Source: Asterias rubens
Taxonomy: Eukaryota
Length of the DNA: 64,000 bases
Assembly: GCF_902459465.1 (NCBI RefSeq)
Contig: NC_047082.1
Location: 930,001-994,000 of the forward strand
Reading direction: 5' to 3'
In this document: positions 35,301 through 48,870 of the stretch, piece after piece
How positions within the stretch are numbered: position 1 is the stretch's first letter
How the letters are laid out: every line of letters starts with the position of its first letter
Translations under genes and position numbers: made by a program
The notes under the pieces: generated by a model
Database searches by the model: none
What the model saw: the letters and a program-made list of their open reading frames with translations, nothing else
What the model was told of the DNA's origin: nothing

Positions 35301-38300
35301 GACTCTCCTCCTCAGTTCATCACTTGACAAAAGTCATGCATATAGATTTTTCTCCAGCTGTCACAAACCCAGTGTCCCTTCTCAGTAGATCAACATAAGT
35401 GTGGTGCCCTTTGACCTCTTTAAGCTCAGCCATGCTTAGGCTCCCGGAGGACAAGCTTGCTTGCTTGGAAGCTCAGGGTGGCGATAGCAGTGCCCTGCAA
35501 ACCACTAAGCTTGGGGGAACTCGAGATAGAGATATGAATTGTGAAATAATTACTGTTTTAAAATTCATTTTTATTCTCACAGCAAGCGACAGCCAGCAGG
35601 AGGAATGTAAGCTGGTTGTGTGTGAGTGTCACTCGAAGGTACGTGGTATTTATAAAAGAAAGTAACTTTTTAGCACTCTGTTAACAAAACACTCACTGAA
35701 CATTACACTCCAAATGGGAAACTAGATTATTTATTTCTCATCAAATATGACATTCCGGACAGAAATATTTCAAGGGATTTTTTCTACTATCATCATCATT
35801 AGAGCGTGTAAGTTTGATGTAAATATGCTATCTTACACAAGTTTTTTTCTTACCAATTCTATAATATTTCTTTTAACTGTGTAATGTAAGTTAAATCTGT
35901 GGACGTTTGTGTTTGTGTCGTACAAAAAGTAGCCAAACCCTTTAAATATTTCTGTGATTGTCGTAACAGGAAGGTGCAGATGGAGTATGCGCACTGTCAC
36001 AACAAATCTTCTACCTAGTTTACACTGAACTCACAATGAAATACTTTGATCAAAGTATCATAAGGGCAGCGAGGAACACATCTCTAGGCAGTAGTAAGTC
36101 ATTCACCATAATTGCTTCTCACCACCCAGGGGTATAAATGGGTACCTGCGAGGGTAGAGGTTGATACTGTGTTTGAAAAAGCCTTTACATCACCATGGTA
36201 GCCTGGGACTGTATACAATACTGTACACACTACTTGGCCACGACACACTACTACGCAGTGTGTCGTGGCCGAGTGGTTGCGTTCACCAGATTCAAGCTCT
36301 CGTGTGTCTGTTCAGCATAGTGTGGGTTCGAGTCCCGGTCGTGACACTTGTATCCGTGAGCAAGACACTTAACTATAATTGCTTCTCTCCACCCAGGGGT
36401 AAATGACTACATGTGAGGGCAGAGATGGTTTGTGTGATTGATTTAGCTCAGTGTGCTACATATTTTTTGCACAGTCTGTATACTCCCCAGGGAGCTAAGA
36501 TGGTTTAAGGAATGAGTTAAATGGCCCATTGACCAGTGGGAGTAAAGTTGGAAGCACTTTTAGTAATAATAACAATAGTAATAATGTAATTGATGTTTTT
36601 GTCAACAGTGTCAAGAAGTGTTGCGAGTAGAACACCGTTGGATTTAGATGTCTTCCAACCTCCATCGTAAGTTAACAAATCAATTACTTTTGTTGTATTT
36701 TTGGGGCAAATAGAATTAGCTGTTGTAAAGTGCTTACCAACCAAAAGGACCTATGGTATATAAGAAGAACAAATAGTTAATGGCCTGACATTTGAACCCT
36801 AGCAGAGTCTTTCTCGGATGGGCCATAAATCCATAGGTCCTGGGTTTTTAAAGGGAAACGGCTCGCCCTGAGTTCCTGGTTTGATTGGCTGCATATTGGG
36901 CCACAGCACCTCGTAAACCATAACATATTGCTATGAAGGAATAGGTCTCATACTTCAAAAACATAGCCCCATGTACCTTGCAGGAAAACAAATACGGAGT
37001 GCTTGGATACATCCCTTGGGGTGTGATAAAGCACTGTGTAAGAACCTTCTATTATTAATATTATCATATAATATATGTATTCATTTTGGTTTTACCCAAA
37101 TACACCGATGTGTGTGAGCACTGTATCTGTGAACAAAAATCACAGGCATATTTCTCGGGTGGGATTCAAACCCAAAACCTTTTCAATTCTAGAGCAGTGT
37201 CATACCAACTAGACTACCGAGATTGCCCGATAGCATAAGGCAGTCAATATTATCATTACACAATAAACCATTTTTTGAGATTATGTTATCAACTGATTGA
37301 TTTGATGTGCATTTTTACAGGCCTGACCCAAGCTCACCCGCAATGAGGCAAAGCAACAGCATGGATGATCTCAGTGTGACAGCCAAGTTCCTGCTACAGG
37401 AGTATATAGAAGTGGTAAGAGTCAATAAAACCATCCCCAGTCCAACCCCCAGCCCCCAGTCCTCCGGAGAGATTGTGGCCTGTCACGGTCAAGTGGTTAA
37501 GAGCATCGGACTCAAGATCTCGGTCTTGGTTGTGACACTTGTCTCCTTAAAGGCAGTGGACACTATTGGTAATCACTCAAAATAACTATTATCATAAAAC
37601 GGTAAACCTTACTTGGTACATGCTATGGGGGGAGGTTGATAGTATAAAGCATTGTGAGAAACGGCTCCCTCTGAAGTGAAGTAGTTTTAGAGAAAGAAGT
37701 AATTTTCAACGAATTTGATTTTGAGACCTCAGATTTAGAATTTGAGGCCTTGTAATCAAGAATCTGAAAGCATACAACTTCGTAGGACAAGGGTGTGTTT
37801 TCTGTTCGGCGACCAATTAAGCTCAAATTTTTACAGGTTTGTTATTTTATGCGTTGAGATACACCAAGAAGTGAGAAGACTGGTCTTTGACAATTACCAG
37901 TAGTGTCCAGTGTCTTTAAGCAAGACACTTAACCATGATTGCTTCGTAAAAGCAGTAATGCAAACAGCTTTTTACCCAAGTCTCTTCACAATGAGGCTCG
38001 CGGCAATACCTCCATGACTTAGGTTGAGGTTGATATCGATGCCTCAGTGAAGTATTAGGCCTGAGTTAAAATTATGAATATTATTATTATGGAACCATAG
38101 TTTATACTGAAATGTTTGTTGAATTTAATGTTCTCGTTGCTCAGCTTCGAAGTAAACTAACATCCGATGAGCTGCAACAATTCGCATTGATTCTGCGTGA
38201 CTACAGACAGACGGGGTCCATCAAGGATTTCTGTAAAAAGCTTCAAACCCTCTATGGACCGGAACGGAAGCTCCTCTTCCCAGGTAAAAACTCAAACATA

Positions 38301-39019
38301 TTTGTTAATTTATTCCTTCGTTATTTTTATTTTTTGACTGTGGTTGCCCTCAGGAAAAAGAGTAGTTTAAAAATGGCTGTAAATGTGGGAGGAAAACCTG
38401 GGAGAGCTGTTGACAGTATAAAACATTGTGAGAATCGGCTCCCTGTAAAGTGTGTAGCTTTTGAGTCAGAGGTAATTTCTCACTCAAATATTAAAAGACT
38501 TCAGGCCTGAAGCCTTCTTTAGGCATCTGAAAGCACACAAATTTGTGCAACAAGGGTGTTTTTTCTTTCATTATCCTCTAGGAACTTTGATGACCAATTG
38601 GGTCAAAAGTTTCACAGATTTGTTATTTTATGCACATGTTGGGATACACCAAGTGAGAATACTGGTCTTTGAAAATTACCAAAGGTGTCCAGTGTCTTTA
38701 ATTGGTGACTGATTATTCTGATGCTATCTTTTACTTTCAAATGATCTCAGGGATGAGGCCCTACATCCCGGAGAAGGATATCGACTATTTTGAAAACGTC
38801 TTGGAGCGAATGGGTGTCCAAGACGTCGCAGCCAACAGCTACTACTACACGAGTCCGCAACGCTCACGACGCACCAACAGCGAGGCTTCGTCATCCATCG
38901 GTGGATTCGACATGGGCTTGTACAGCCACTCCATCATGTCGGAGAGAGACGAGCTAGATCGAGCTTTACAAGATATCTCTAAAGAGGTGGAACACCTGGA
39001 AACAAGCGTTGACTCGTGA
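32317..39019 (+). CDS. CCM2: Cerebral cavernous malformations 2 protein (malcavernin): PTB domain plus harmonin homology domain, about 417 aa
   Basis: Exons 32317-32355, 33475-33678, 33938-34021, 34310-34408, 34911-34998, 35583-35638, 35970-36093, 36609-36666, 37321-37414, 38145-38283, 38751-39019. All GT-AG and in frame, 1254 nt. Diagnostic motifs: [55 protein letters not shown]. An in-frame alternative ATG lies at 32311. Confidence 0.95.
35045..35480 (-). mobile_element. RTE-clade non-LTR retrotransposon, 5'-truncated 3' fragment in a CCM2 intron
   Basis: The minus strand gives [24 protein letters not shown]...PRKTW...V..DM...DRARWRRAI with frameshifts, followed by a (GAT)n tail. This is typical of the RTE ORF2 C-terminus. 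Confidence 0.75.
36257..36590 (+). mobile_element. tRNA-derived SINE (related fragments at about 1-175, 21665-21755, 34600-34830, 37480-37546)
   Basis: Pol III A box TGGCCGAGTGG (36266) and B box GGTTCGAGTCC (36325), then GAGCAAGACACTT...CTCCACCCAGGGGTAAATG central domain; no complete cloverleaf. Confidence 0.8.
37547..37919. mobile_element. Kolobok-like MITE family A in a CCM2 intron, inserted into a SINE fragment
   Basis: TTAA-flanked TIRs. The left flank is a tRNA-SINE head ending GACACTTGTCTCC and the right flank resumes GCAAGACACTTAAC. Confidence 0.85.
38365..38701. mobile_element. Kolobok-like MITE family A, divergent
   Basis: Family A internal sequence and right TIR. Confidence 0.7.
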
Positions 39020-39819
39020 GTTATGACTCAAGAGTTATGATGACTCACATATAAGAGACCCAAAGACACATGTGAGTTTTTTACTCTGTTGGTTACTGTT
39101 TGGTTATTGTTTGCAGTTCATTTGTTGGACGAAGGAATAGAGCGTTGAACTCACGAGTTTAAGACTCCAATGGCCTGATGACAGAATGAGTTTTTACTAC
39201 TCTTAAAATTTGAGTCTGTACTACTTATTGGATAACAAGGTCACACAGCTGTATACGTCTGATGTAATATTAATCGCAGCGTATTGGTGTATTCAGGAAC
39301 ATTTAGAAACGAGCATTGGCTCACGATAAGACTACTTACGAGCGTTGACAAGAAAATGAGTGATACTCTTTGTGTGTTGATCTCAGTGTATTTGTTGGAT
39401 GATAGAACACCTAGAAACTCACAAGACCTGATGAGTTTTCACTTTTTGATGAGGTTATACTCACTGAGTTGTATATAAGTGATATTGTTTGCAGTATATT
39501 TGTCAAGAAAGTGGAGACCTAGAGTAGAAACTCGTAAGCGATATTATGTGAGTATATTTTGAGAATACGGATTACTCAGGCGGATTACTCAGTCGCTCCA
39601 AAGTTGTGACGAACGGACGATCTATTCGCAAGAAACTCGTAATGATACCGAGCGTTGAAATTTGGCTCACACTGGATTTCTGATCGGATTTGCGCAGTCG
39701 TCGTCTGAGTGATGCTTACAATGTACAGGGATTCAACTCCGGAAATAACTCATATAGTTACTCAATTACTCAGTCCCCCCAACAGAGATAATCAGGGTCT
39801 AATATTATAGTGCTGCTTA

Positions 39820-40279
39820 AATACACAGGACACTATTGGTAATTGTCAAAGACCAGTCTTCTCACTTGGTGTATCTCAACATATGCATAATATTACAAAC
39901 CTGTGAAAATTTGAGCTCAATTGGTCGTCGAAGTTGCGAGATAATAATGAAAGAAACAAAACACCCTTGTCACACGAATTTGTGTGCTTTTAGATAATTG
40001 ATTTTAATGTTTTATACTATCAACCTCTCCCCATAACTTGTAATCAAGTAAGGTTTTATGCTAATAATTATTTTGAGTAATAACCAATAGTGTCCACTTC
40101 CTTTAAGGTAATGGACATTTTTTGGTAATTGCTCAAAATAGTAAGGGTGTTTTTTTCTTTCATTACTATCTTGCAATTCGAAGACCAATTGAGTCCAAAT
40201 TTTCACAGGTTTCTTTCTTTATGCATATGTTGAGATACACCAAGTGAGAGGACTGGTCTTTGACAACAACCAAATGTGT
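39820..40279. mobile_element. Kolobok-like MITE family A, rearranged or composite copies
   Basis: Family A segments in both orientations with several TIR ends. Confidence 0.7.
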
Positions 40280-40823
40280 CCACTGTCCAGTGCATTTAAG
40301 AAAAAATACAGCCAAGCACAACAAAATAATAAAGGTTATAGCCTAAATACCATTCTACATGCGCTATTTGTAACTGGTATTCTGGTAATTTTTGCTTAGC
40401 CGCATCTTGTTTTAAAGCAATATTTGCCGCTTAAGCAACTCTATGAGATTGGACCCTGGTTTCATCACAGAACTGCTTTTCAGGATACCAGCCACAAATG
40501 GACTGGGTATTTTGGCTGGTAACTTTAGTCTAGTAAGCAAAAACAAATTCCTGCTTAGCAATTTATAGGTGTAAGGGTAAAGCTAAATTAATTTTGATAA
40601 GCTCACTATTGATGAACTTTGTGCTAAGCAACCAATCCTGCAGAGAAATCTTTCCCTCTGAAATACTGTCAAAGTAGGCTTTAAATCCCCACAAAACAAT
40701 GCTTCATTAGAGCAATAAACCATAAAATTTCTCGCAATTGGTGGCAGCTTCATGTATGCGCACGGACGAACTGATTCACCGACAGGATGACATCAATTAC
40801 ACCCAAGATGGCTATCTGAAATA

Positions 40824-40939
40824 CTGTGGAGTATGCAGCACCGGCAACCTGTAACTAGCTGAACTCCTGTGGAGTATGCAGCACCGGCAACCTGTAACTA
40901 GCTGAACTCCTGTGGAGTATGTAGCACCAACAACCTGTA
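40824..40939. repeat. 43-bp minisatellite, about 2.7 copies
   Basis: Unit CTGTGGAGTATGCAGCACCGGCAACCTGTAACTAGCTGAACTC at 40824, 40867 and 40910. Confidence 0.9.
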
Positions 40940-42501
40940 TGCCTGAATGCTTAAGGATTATCCAGCATCACGTTGTTAAGAATTTTTGAAGAAAAATGCA
41001 AAAAACAAATGTCATGGATATGATGTATTTATAAAACAATGTGTATATATTCTAGTTTGTATTAAATTTGTTCATTCGTTTATTCACTGTTTACCAATGA
41101 CTGCCAATTGTCTCAATTATTTTGGTTTAGAAACTAATAATGGAGAATATTTTTGTTTTCAAGTTACTACTTTTTGTTTTTGTTGTTGTTGTTTTGTTTT
41201 TTGGGGTGTTTTTTGTGTTTTTTTTTTGGGGGGGGGTCGGTTCTTACTTTTAACTTGATTTTCATGAAAAGAATGCTTGAAAGTGTTGCAAGCTACAGTA
41301 ATGTGCCTGAAGTGCGTTGAAAAAAACCAAGACCTGTGACCCTATACCTTTATTGACCCAATAAAATGGCCCTCTCTGAGTAGATACCCCACCAGAAACC
41401 CTACCCCTCCCCTCTTCCTTTTCCTGGCCCCGCTTTTACAAAAAGCTAAGACTGGTCTTAACAGGGGATCAGTCGTAATTGCTAATCAAAGTCTGGTACG
41501 AATCACAAAAGTAATATCTGACAACTATAAAGATGAATCTTATTGCTTTGTGACCCCCCCCCCCCCCCCCCCGGTCACCTGGAATCCCAATTATATCTCT
41601 CGGTAATCTTAAGCCCCCGACTAGTGCCGTGTCCCAGGGAAATCTGTCCCTGTCCCCCCATGACGGAAATTAACGTGGGGTGAAGGTGGATGATTCAAAA
41701 GAGGGCGCTATCAGAAGTAGCTTGTACAAAGTTTGCCGTATGGGTGGGGGGGGGGGCATTCTACTGCCACACACCGGCAATGACCAAGCACAAGTACGAT
41801 AAATCTTTCTTTGCAGCTCAGAAAAACCTTCAACCCCAACACATAATTAAAAAGTCATGAAAAGCCAGGCATAAAATTGTATGACCACCAGCCGCTGTGT
41901 TCTCTAACCCCCCTGTGGAGCCCAGTTAATCTCCCGCTCTTGTTCCTGGTGTCTGTATAAGTAGAATAATGGTGCAACGAGATGAATAATAAGCCAAGCA
42001 CCATGATCCCTTCTCGCGCACGAGCGGGCACATCGCGGGCACGCGAATGGGGGTACGAGGCGCGCGAGCACCGCCGGTGATTCGGGCCGATGACTCCGGA
42101 CATAAGCTTCGTGGTCAATGACCGTCTTGTGTCAATAAAGCCGGCGATAAAGAAAACATTATTAGAAGACTATTGAATAGAAAGATCATTAAAATGTGGG
42201 TTTATATCCCAGTTTATGAGCTGAATGGCTGTATAGCGTTGATGATATGGGTATAGCTGAACTTCCAGGTGCAATCTTGAAATGTTGGCGTCTAATTATA
42301 AGGAGTATCAATCGATATTTAAATGAGGTTTCTTTTTCCTTTTTGCTGGTAAGACGTAACTATTAATTTAGACGTCTGATATTCGTCTTGTTCAAGGCGG
42401 GCGGTTCGGGCATCGGCTTTGTAGCGATGTGCATGCGCTTGCAAGAGAAGTATATGGTGTTCATGCTCCAAGTTTTAACCATTGGAAAACAATTTATAGC
42501 T

Positions 42502-42835
42502 TTAAAGGCACTGGATACATTTGGTAAAATGTCAAAGACCAGTATTCTCTCTTGGTGTTAGATATAGGCCCTACCCCAACATATGGTTAAAATAACAACC
42601 TGTGAACATTTTGACTCAATTGGTAATCGAAGCTTCAAGAGAATTGTGAAAGAAAAAACACCCTTGTTGCACAATTTGTGTGCTTTATTTAAGATGCCTA
42701 ACAAAGTTATGAAAGACTTCAGGCCTGAAGCCTTTATATTTGAGTAAGAAATTACCCCTTTCAAAAAAAAAAACTTAAAAAAAAAAAAGAAAAAAAAAAA
42801 AATACATTACTTCAGAGGCAGCCGTTTCTCACAAA
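42502..42835. mobile_element. Kolobok-like MITE family A, 3'-truncated
   Basis: TTAAAGGCACTGGATAC start and family internal sequence. Confidence 0.7.
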
Positions 42836-44239
42836 ATATATTATATTTTTAATTTATTTATTAATTTCTTTTTACCAAACCAATCCACAATCGTTCTGAC
42901 AAAATGTAATTACTCAGGGCAACGTCAAAATAAGTCGAACAAGAGGAAAAAACAGATACAAAGAAAGGGACGCTGTTCGTAATTGTTCATGTTTATTTTT
43001 AAGTCCAGCGTGTGTCACTCAGTCCCTATCATCATATGAGGCCGTCCGTTCGAATGATTGGATTAGTGACTTAGAATATAAATCAGATACTGGCATTGAA
43101 AACGTCTTCTTATTCAATAAATAAAAAGACACGTCAACTGCGCATCACTGATTCTCAAAACAAGCCCAGTTTTTATCGCCATCTTGTGAATCTAGTCGCC
43201 TTTGTGCCGTTAAGCCGCAACGGCGTATAAACTGGGGGATAACTGACCAGCTCTATCCCCGTCCTTCAACCCCCCCCCCCCCCTTCTCCAAATCCAGAAC
43301 CAGTTTTCAGGAAACCGCATCTTGTTTTGTTTTGTTTTGTTTGGTCGCCGAAAGAAGAAGGCAATCGCGGAAGGGACACCTGGTAGTTTCAAAGAGTTAT
43401 TTTCATTATCATAATAATTAGACTTAATTGATCTGGATGGGTGATGGGGGCTTTATTACGTGACTACGAGCTGAAGGCTGTTGTCCGGCTCGGGGAGGGG
43501 CTACCGACCGGGGTGGAGGGAGCTTGGGACGGGGTTACTGAGTCCAAGTGAAAGGTCGCTCTCTCGGTGTTAAACGGCCACCACTAAGTATGTTGACTTA
43601 AATTCACCCCGGTGTCGGGTTGAATTTCCAAGTGTATGACGTTAATGGTTCCGTGACTCTTTTAGAAAGGATATGAATACAGCTCGATGTCTCCGCTATT
43701 TTGAACATGTTCACAAGCTTAAAACCATGGAGATAGACTCTTAAACCACTGATCCTTGCTATTTGCTTAAAGGGGATCCGGTAAAACGACGAGAAAAGAG
43801 AAAGGTCCGCATGTCGATTGCGTATACAAAACCACTGGGAATGTCGCTTAAAAAGTCCAAACAATGGTGGAAAGGTCTCGATTTACGATATTTATAAGCA
43901 TGTGTGTGTACATCTGTGTCAGGGGATTCAGTGTGAGCCCCCCACCCCCGGCCAAACAATGCGGCGAATATGTAGCGCCCTCTTTTGAATCAACCTCATC
44001 CAGGCCTAATTTTACTCAAACAAAGTCTGCACCCAAGTTATTGCATATATATGACCCCTCCTCCACCCCACTGACGAAACCCCTGACCCCCCCCCCCCCC
44101 ACCCTCCATGTGACCCACACTACCACCCCCACTGCAAAAGGTCCCCTCTTACGGTGCTGTATACCCAAAACCTGTCTGTATATTTGCGGGTAAGGACATT
44201 GGGCCAGTCTAACCTAACCTTGTCTTTGCTTCATCATAG

Positions 44240-44301
44240 AGGGCGTAAGATGTCGTTCGATGAGTTGTTTGTAGACTGGTCCCATGCGCTGATAAAGACA
44301 G
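44240..44301 (+). CDS. Candidate exon (RGRK)MSFDELFVDWSHALIKT, phase-1 donor
   Basis: Double CTAAC branch motif, pyrimidine tract and AG at 44238-39; ATG at 44250; donor AG|GTATTA. Confidence 0.3.
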
Positions 44302-46259
44302 GTATTAGTTTGATACTTCTACGTCGGATTTAACTGCGAATCTCCATGATCTTGAAGGCATGTAAATGAATTCGAGGTCAAAGGTTATTTTGGACGTGGA
44401 CTCAAGGCAGATATCAGGCGTAACTTTGACGTCAGGTGATCAGGCTAAGTTGTTTGGTGCATCACACTGTGGCTCCCCAGTCTTCTAAACTTAAAACACC
44501 CCTGCACGACTAAACTGACCAGACTCCTTCATGAGAATTTATTTTTACTTATAAGGCCGTCGCAGTTTTATTCTTTTCGAAAAAAGTATAGGCCTAATAA
44601 GCAATGAAGCCATTTTAAAAATTTGAAAATTGCATATTTATGTAGTTTTTGGGGAATGATATGATAGATTGACTTTACAGGGGCATTTTATGTTTTGCGG
44701 CAGCCATTTTGAAAATTTGAAAAATTGCTTTTTATTATACAGGGCTTGTGGTCTGTGGCAGCCATTTTGAACATTTGAAAGTTGCTTAATAAATTACATA
44801 CTTTGTGTAGAACAATAAATTATAGTTTGACTAAACATGTGCATATGGTTTTCATTCCTATGCCCCCCCCCCCCCCCCACACACACCAGTTGTAACTGAT
44901 TGAATTGGGCATTATGGTTTTATTCAACAAAATGACCAACACGTGGGTGTTGATTTCTTGGAAGGCCAGCTCGCCCCAATAACCCTGCCGTCGTTCGGCG
45001 CTCTCCGCCCACGTCTAAACCCGAGCCACTGCGGGTGGTGCAACACGATCCGACGGAGTGTACTCGGACACCATGCGTGCACGAAGTCTGTTTAAAGTTA
45101 AGTACTGTCACGAGCATTTAAAACCTTTCTCTTGAAGATGAGCAGAGTATACTGTTCGAAACGTCGATATCACACCTGCTCTTTTCAGAGCCAACACTCC
45201 CACTAAAAAGAATTACACATGGTAGTACCCGCAAGTTTAGTTTCTTCCTATTTATCCACACCATGCAAAGCTTCAAACAGTACTCATTTTAATCTATTGG
45301 TTCATCTAAAACCAAATAATGCTTTAGAAGTTCTGCATGCACTGTTTGGAAATTTTTGATCTATATGCTGAAGTAGTTCCTTTAAATGATTGTAATTCTT
45401 ATGTCATTTAAACTTATTGATTCGTCTAAAACAAATTAATGCTTTAGGAGTTCTTGTCCGGTTTCTTGGAGTCTAGTTGGTTGTTTTGCATGCCCACCTG
45501 TTGTCATGCCTCCTTGCTAGGAAACATGCCTATGTCCACTTCTTTGATTTAATGGACTTAATAATGTCCTGCACTCTTGATTTCTTTTATGCGGAACCAA
45601 TGTCACGGAGATACTACGTTTTTTGATGGGAGCTTTTCGTGCGATTAACGACATTGGACAATGGGGATCAACGTCGTTCATTGACACGATTTGTCGCTTG
45701 AGCAAAATTAAATTTAATAGGGTCAACTTTACGACTTGTCTGAATAAATTTGGGTGTTTGGGTAAAGAAAATATGGATAAAAGAAAACCCCAACCAGCAA
45801 GTGTTTTTTGTTTGGTTGGAAGGCCAGTCCCCTCCGCCGCATTTCGCTCCGCTCTCCCCCGCGACGCACCGCGGTGCGGCGCCACATGATCCAAATTGTT
45901 CCCCGGACTTTGGGCGTACGAGGTGAAGTTGAAGCTATAAAATTTAACTACATGCCATGCTAAACATTCGTGGTCTTAAATTTCTGGTTATCATCTTGCA
46001 TTAATAAACCGTCGCTTGAGGAAAGACCTTTATTATTATTATTTTCTTTTTGCATCGTGTACGTTTCTTCGTTTTTTAAAACGAAGACAGTTCCAAACAA
46101 AGTTGATCCCAAAGACCGTAATGCCCTCGGGCGATATGAGTCTTACGAGAAACGTGATATCACCGCTTATACAACAATCTGGCGGCTGTGTGTTTGTAGT
46201 GGGTGGTGATGTTTAATGTTACGGTACATTAATACTGACTTGCTTTCTCGGTGTAACAG

Positions 46260-46649
46260 TTAAAGGAACACGTTGCCTTGGATCGGGTCGAGTTGGTCTT
46301 TGAGCAGCGTTCTTTAACCGTTTGTTATCAAATTAATCGATATGGTTAGAAAGATGTTGTAAAAGTAGAATACAATGATCTACACAATTAACAAATATGC
46401 CTCGAAATTGCACGGTTTTCTTTTTACCTCGTCGACTAACACGTTCGGCCATTTATGGGAGTCAAATTTTTGACTCCCATAAACGGCCGACCGTGTGAGT
46501 TCGCGACGTAAAATGAAAACCGTGCAATTTTAAGTGATACTTGTGTGGATCATTATATTCTACTTTTAAAACATCTTGCTAACCATATGCATTTCATAAC
46601 AAACGGTTTCAAACGCTCTCGTCCGATCCAAGGCAACGTGTTCCTTTAA
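46260..46649. mobile_element. Second TTAA-flanked Kolobok-like MITE family
   Basis: TIRs TTAAAGGAACACGTTGCCTTGGATCGG ... CCGATCCAAGGCAACGTGTTCCTTTAA, with a central palindrome CGGCCATTTATGGGAGTCAA/TTGACTCCCATAAACGGCCG. Confidence 0.85.
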
Positions 46650-48699
46650 GACACAGGGGTGGATTTCAAAAAGTATTATGACTAGTCTTTTCTTGAGTTA
46701 GGACGTGTTACCTAACCTAACTTGTCCTATCTTAGGACTAGCCTTATTAGTTTTCAATAGCTTCTGATGAGTCCTAGGACTAGTCCCAAGTTAGGACTAT
46801 CTTTGAGAAATCGACCTGATACTTCACGGAGTCTTGCCTCAATGTCCCCTGGTCATTGCCTTGGTGCCCTCTAAAATGCTCTTTCCTCATAGGGAGCCCT
46901 TACCTTTACAAAGGAGAAAATGACTTGGTGCCCTTGCCCTTTAAAAAACGAAGCATACATGTATGTGAAGTGATACAAATAAAAGATTGCTTCACCCTGG
47001 GAAAAAGTGAAACACCTCACCCCTCCACCCTACCCCCCCCCCCCCCCCCCCCCTCCACCCTACCCTCCCTCCCAAGCCAGCCACCGGACTTGTTCACACC
47101 ACCCCTCGACGACGAGCACTCGAATTTCGAGAATTGCGGTTAAACTTTTGTATACGTTGATTGTTTGTAGAGATTGTGCACGTGTTGTACCCTTAACTTC
47201 TTGCATGTTGGACTTTACCCACAGTGCGCACTTCAGACCGTGTTTCTCACAGTTGTAATATATAGGTGACGATATTGTATTTAAAGTCGGCTTTGAGAAA
47301 TGCATGGGAATCAAATAGCAATCTCTACAAAAATTGGTTTATTGGTTTAGTAAAAACATTTCAAAAGTCACAGCAAAACGTCGAATTGTATTTGAATTAC
47401 AAACATTATATAAAATAGTGGCTATGGAACTGTATACTGATTAGGAATAATACAAGTTTCACGAACTACTAATGGACTTGGTAAAAATTACTTTCGTTTT
47501 CGTGAAAGATGTTCAAGGGTTAAATACTTTGGTCGTGACCCCGCAGAAAATTCCAGATTAAATCAGCTTCAATATGGGACCTTTTAGGACGCTAGGTGGC
47601 AGCAGGTTACCAGGTAAATCCATTGTTCTTCACGTGCCGAGAACAACGTAAACAGTGGACATTTACCTGGTAAGTCTGCTGTTGCCACCTACCATTCCAA
47701 AGTCTCCCATTGTCAATCATTTCGTTTCATAAAAGCTTTTTTATATGTCCTTGACGTGGCATTTTTCTCATACTCAAAGCCAACTTAGAAAAGTTTACCC
47801 AGACTATATTGACACGTCATCGAGTGAAATGAAAGAATAACCCATATTAATTGTCTCTCTCCTCCAAATGAAACAAAAAAATCATCAAATAAAGTCTCCG
47901 CAGTGAAGTTAAAAATCAAAACCAACAACCTACCCACTTGTTGGCCGAATAATGTCAACACTTCAGCGGGTGAAAGGGCCAAAGTCTACGGCGTTGTTCC
48001 GACGGACCCCGGTGCTCGCAAATACCCCTCGGACAAAAGAATAAGCGAACCTATAGTCTATTTTTAAAAATTTGTGCGCGGAAGTTTTTTTTTTGCAAAG
48101 CGGCTAATTAGTAAAGTAGTCAATCCAAAAATAGACAACCCTTGTAATGGGGTGGCATGCGTGGATGCAATTACAACAAAACAAGCTCGTTTGAGAATAT
48201 GCTGACAACTGTAATTAGTTTTAAGTGATTAATTAATGATCATACACCGTGAAAACGGTTCACCTTTGATAAAAAGTTTACGCTGACGGACGGCTATTTT
48301 TAGCATTATGCTAAAAAAAAAATAGCCTATAGCTCTAGGCCCTAGCTTTCTTTCTTTTTTTATTCAGAATGTTAATTGTCATCCCTTAGATATATAGGCA
48401 AACCGCCGAACTTTAACCCCCACAAACGTTCACAAATTGAAGTGATCCAGTTTACGTTACGGGCACACAAAAATAATTTTGAAAAATCGAAAAACAGTTT
48501 ATTAAGTTTTGTCGCTGCCAAAAATAGTTATTGGCCAGACGTTTCGAACCTTAACTGAGTCCTTCCAGCAAAGTTTTGTCACTGTGATCTTTTCTTAAAC
48601 CGATTGCCGCAACCAAAATAAGCAAAGACGGAATTTGAAGCTGGAAAATGAAAGGGCAAACCCTGAACTGTGCCTTGGAGAAGATTTCGGAATTATGTA

Positions 48700-48870
48700 G
48701 ATGGCGGTCAGGTTGGTGTATGTCTTGCCTCGGCGTCCACCTCTTGGCACTGGTTCGAATCCTACCGGGGCACCGTGTTAATGGGTTTTCAGTCCCTACT
48801 TGGCTGCGTGGGTTTTCCCTGGAATAAATCTCTGGGGTTTTACTCCCACATCTTAAACTGAAACTTCTTC
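48700..48870 (+). mobile_element. Third tRNA-derived SINE-like element (inverted copy at about 52165-52260)
   Basis: GGTTCGAATCC followed by TGCGTGGGTTTTCCC. Confidence 0.6.

Noticed and set aside
36257-36340. tRNA gene
   Set aside because: A and B boxes are present but there is no complete cloverleaf. It continues into a SINE body that has several other copies.
40824-40939. 43-bp repeats as a CRISPR array
   Set aside because: The units are head-to-tail with no unique spacers, there are no cas genes, and the context is eukaryotic.
47020-47075. Poly-C/G tracts (also about 6218, 41554, 44086, 44863, 51103) as functional G-quadruplexes
   Set aside because: These are simple homopolymer microsatellites scattered through the window. 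Nothing in the sequence distinguishes them as functional, and their lengths may be assembly-sensitive.
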